Shown: positions 62,186 to 64,000 of the stretch, piece after piece
Layout: each line of letters begins with the position of its first letter
Position numbering within the stretch: position 1 is the first letter of the stretch
Assembly (NCBI GenBank): GCA_965261645.1
Contig: CBDHDJ010000004.1
Span: forward strand, 1,263,362 to 1,327,361
Direction: 5' to 3'
DNA: 64,000 nt
From: Alphaproteobacteria bacterium
GTDB taxonomy: Bacteria; Pseudomonadota; Alphaproteobacteria; SHVV01
The notes under the pieces: generated by a model
Database searches by the model: none
Seen by the model: only the letters and a program-made list of their open reading frames with translations
What the model was told of the DNA's origin: nothing
Made by a program: the position numbers and the translations under genes

Positions 62186-63355
62186 TCATTGCGCCGTCTC
62201 CCGGTCGCCGGCATCGGTTGTGGGTTCCGTGCAAACGGGTCCGATATCGACGCTGACCTTGCCGCCGCACACCACGATGGTGACCGTGCGGCCGCGCGGC
62301 ATGAGCCAGAAGATTTCCCGCCATACCGCATCCGCGATGGTGCGCTGGCGGGCTTCCTCGACCGAGCACAACAGCTTGAGCGACATATGCAGGGCGTCTT
62401 CCTCGAAGCGGGTGAGTTGTGTTTCCCAAGAGTCCGCATCCGCGTCGTCGCTGGGGCTGAAGAACGCGGCGCGCAGCAATCGGGCGAGTTCCTCGGGCGC
62501 GATGCCGCTGTCCGCCGTCACCAGGGGCAGCGCGTCATGGATCGATGACCAGGCCTCGCCCGCGAAGGCGAGATCGGCGGGAACGGCGATGGTGTCGCAT
62601 TTGTGGAAGCAATGGCGCGGTGATTTAGGCGGATGCAGAACATTCAGGTGCATCACGATGTCCTCGGGCCGTTCCGGCTCTTCGCCGTTCTCCCGGTTGG
62701 TGAAGTAATCCAGAGAACGAACGGCGCCATCCACGGTCACAAGGGTCTCGATGCCGGTGACGCGCGCGAGCGTGTCGTACCAGGGATAACCCTCGAAACG
62801 TGGCTCGGGGGCGAACAGCCGGAGCGTGCGTTCCGATCCGTCCTGGAGCCCGGCAAGGCCGAGGGCGCGATGAAGCGCCCGGGCCTCGGGCGGCTCGGGG
62901 TCGGCCTGCATCACCAGCGCGCCGATGCCTACGCCTGCGAAAACGGACCGCTCGTCCCAATAGTCCGTGTCGGCGATGGCGGGACGCCAGGGACGCAGTT
63001 CGGCGGGCGGCTCGGGCATCTCGATCCCCGCCTCTTTCGCCTGGTGCCAGTCGGTCCAGGCAACGCGCGGAGCCGGATCGGCCTGCGCCATGGCGCGGTA
63101 GACGGCAAGCCGCGCGGCCTCGCGCATCTCTTCCAGAAACGAGGTCTCTACCGCTTCCTTTCTCGCGGGCAGGACCAGCTCCAGATCGGGGCAGGAGTCG
63201 ATGTCGGCGCGCGCCGACCAGACGCCGCCTTCCACGGCGTCGATCTGTGGCAGGCGCACCGGCAGGGTCAGGCCATGAAAGTTGACGTCGGGGACGCGGT
63301 AGCCCGCATGGCTGTCCTTAAAAACGCCGAAGACGAGGCCCTTCCATGGTTCCAC
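62186..63355 (-). CDS. hypothetical protein, partner of the GHKL-ATPase ORF
   Basis: 389-aa ORF with a GTG start. It overlaps the 3' end of the GHKL ORF by 88 nt in another frame. This may be a separate gene or the continuation of a frameshifted single gene. Confidence 0.45.
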   Translation of the reverse strand: MEPWKGLVFGVFKDSHAGYRVPDVNFHGLTLPVRLPQIDAVEGGVWSARADIDSCPDLELVLPARKEAVETSFLEEMREAARLAVYRAMAQADPAPRVAWTDWHQAKEAGIEMPEPPAELRPWRPAIADTDYWDERSVFAGVGIGALVMQADPEPPEARALHRALGLAGLQDGSERTLRLFAPEPRFEGYPWYDTLARVTGIETLVTVDGAVRSLDYFTNRENGEEPERPEDIVMHLNVLHPPKSPRHCFHKCDTIAVPADLAFAGEAWSSIHDALPLVTADSGIAPEELARLLRAAFFSPSDDADADSWETQLTRFEEDALHMSLKLLCSVEEARQRTIADAVWREIFWLMPRGRTVTIVVCGGKVSVDIGPVCTEPTTDAGDRETAQ

Positions 63356-63975
63356 ATGGAGCGCGCCGTCGAGAAAGGCGCGCCGCTCGACAACCTCGCC
63401 GTCGATGGTACCGGCAGGGGATAGTGGCGAGCAGCGGTCTGCAGGAAAGCGCGCACCGCGTGGGGCGCTTCGGACGCGTCGAAGGTAACCGAGGTTCCAT
63501 GGGGCCAGGGGGCGCTGTCGTCCGGGACGACATGGGCCCCATCGCGGCCAAGAAAGTGAGCGGGCTCCAGAACCAGGCGGTAGCCGGGGCTTGGATCCCC
63601 GCCGGGGACGCGCCAGCGCAACGTGCAGCGCCGGCGCGAGAGGGCGAGAAGCCCGAACCCGGCGGGATCTTCCGCCTCGGCGATGCCGTCCTTCCAGACG
63701 CTCTCGCCGAAGGTCAGCAGGACGGCGGGATCGGCGATTCCCACGCCGTCGTCGGTGATAGTGACGCGGGTGGTATCTCCGTCCTGCTCGATGGTCGCGG
63801 CAACGCGGTTGGCGCCGCCACGGCGTGAGTTTTGCAGCGTCTCGGTGAAAATATCGGCAAGGCCAGCCGAAAACAGCCGTGTCACCTTGTCGATGGCGCT
63901 GTCGCCGACCCGGGCGTGGATCGTGGCGGAACTATTGCCGGCCTCGGCCGTAACGGCATTCTGTGCGGTAGACAT
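63268..63975 (-). CDS. GHKL-type (histidine kinase/HSP90/MORC-like) ATPase domain protein
   Basis: N-box ETLQNSRRGGA, G1 box DDGVGI and G2 box AGFGLL. An AGGAGA RBS lies 6 nt upstream of the ATG at 63975. The C-terminal 100 aa are of uncertain authenticity. Confidence 0.55.
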   Translation of the reverse strand: MSTAQNAVTAEAGNSSATIHARVGDSAIDKVTRLFSAGLADIFTETLQNSRRGGANRVAATIEQDGDTTRVTITDDGVGIADPAVLLTFGESVWKDGIAEAEDPAGFGLLALSRRRCTLRWRVPGGDPSPGYRLVLEPAHFLGRDGAHVVPDDSAPWPHGTSVTFDASEAPHAVRAFLQTAARHYPLPVPSTARLSSGAPFSTARSMWNHGRASSSAFLRTAMRATASPTSTFMA

Positions 63976-64000
63976 GCAGGTTCTCCTGGTTGTCGATGCG

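Overview
This is a 64-kb window of high-GC (about 65-67%) DNA, probably from an alphaproteobacterial chromosome. It splits into two parts at a tRNA-Ser gene.

Positions 1-27.7 kb are conserved housekeeping chromosome: speH-speE polyamine genes, a 3-hydroxyacyl-CoA dehydrogenase, an hsp20 gene with a DUF1150 partner, the ptsN-rpoN-lptB-lptA-lptC-kdsD cluster, an RNase D-like gene, tRNA-Leu(CAG), uppP, queG, thrS-infC-rpmI-rplT-pheS-pheT, lepA and an arsR-CDF pair.

A horizontally acquired island begins at tRNA-Ser(GGA) (27748-27838) and runs past the window end, so at least 36 kb is in view. It contains an IS6 element with a truncated transposase remnant, a stand-alone Rieske oxygenase alpha subunit, a P4-like tyrosine integrase with a second degenerate copy of its 3' end, a membrane-anchored coiled-coil/LysM protein, an IS3 element disrupted by a nested IS110, an OapA/M23 peptidase flanked by about 35-bp direct repeats, an IS5 element truncating a membrane-protein gene, a secreted four-EF-hand protein, and a umuDC operon with a GAAC-N7-GAAC LexA box.

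It also carries an ICE- or plasmid-type transfer and establishment backbone: a MobF (TrwC-like) relaxase-helicase of 1473 aa with an internally duplicated C-terminal tail, a candidate oriT, a SLOG/DUF2493 fusion, a Toprim protein, SSB, a 1538-aa strawberry-notch-like methyltransferase/SNF2 helicase, a MoxR AAA+ / unknown / vWA-metallopeptidase-like three-gene module, DUF2958, and a GHKL-ATPase gene pair at the window edge. No CRISPR array or rRNA is present, and no type IV secretion genes are visible in the window.

The candidates for a new biological-conflict system are the MoxR/vWA triad, the GHKL pair, the methylase-helicase and the SLOG fusion. All of these calls rest on recognising sequence motifs by eye and need database confirmation.
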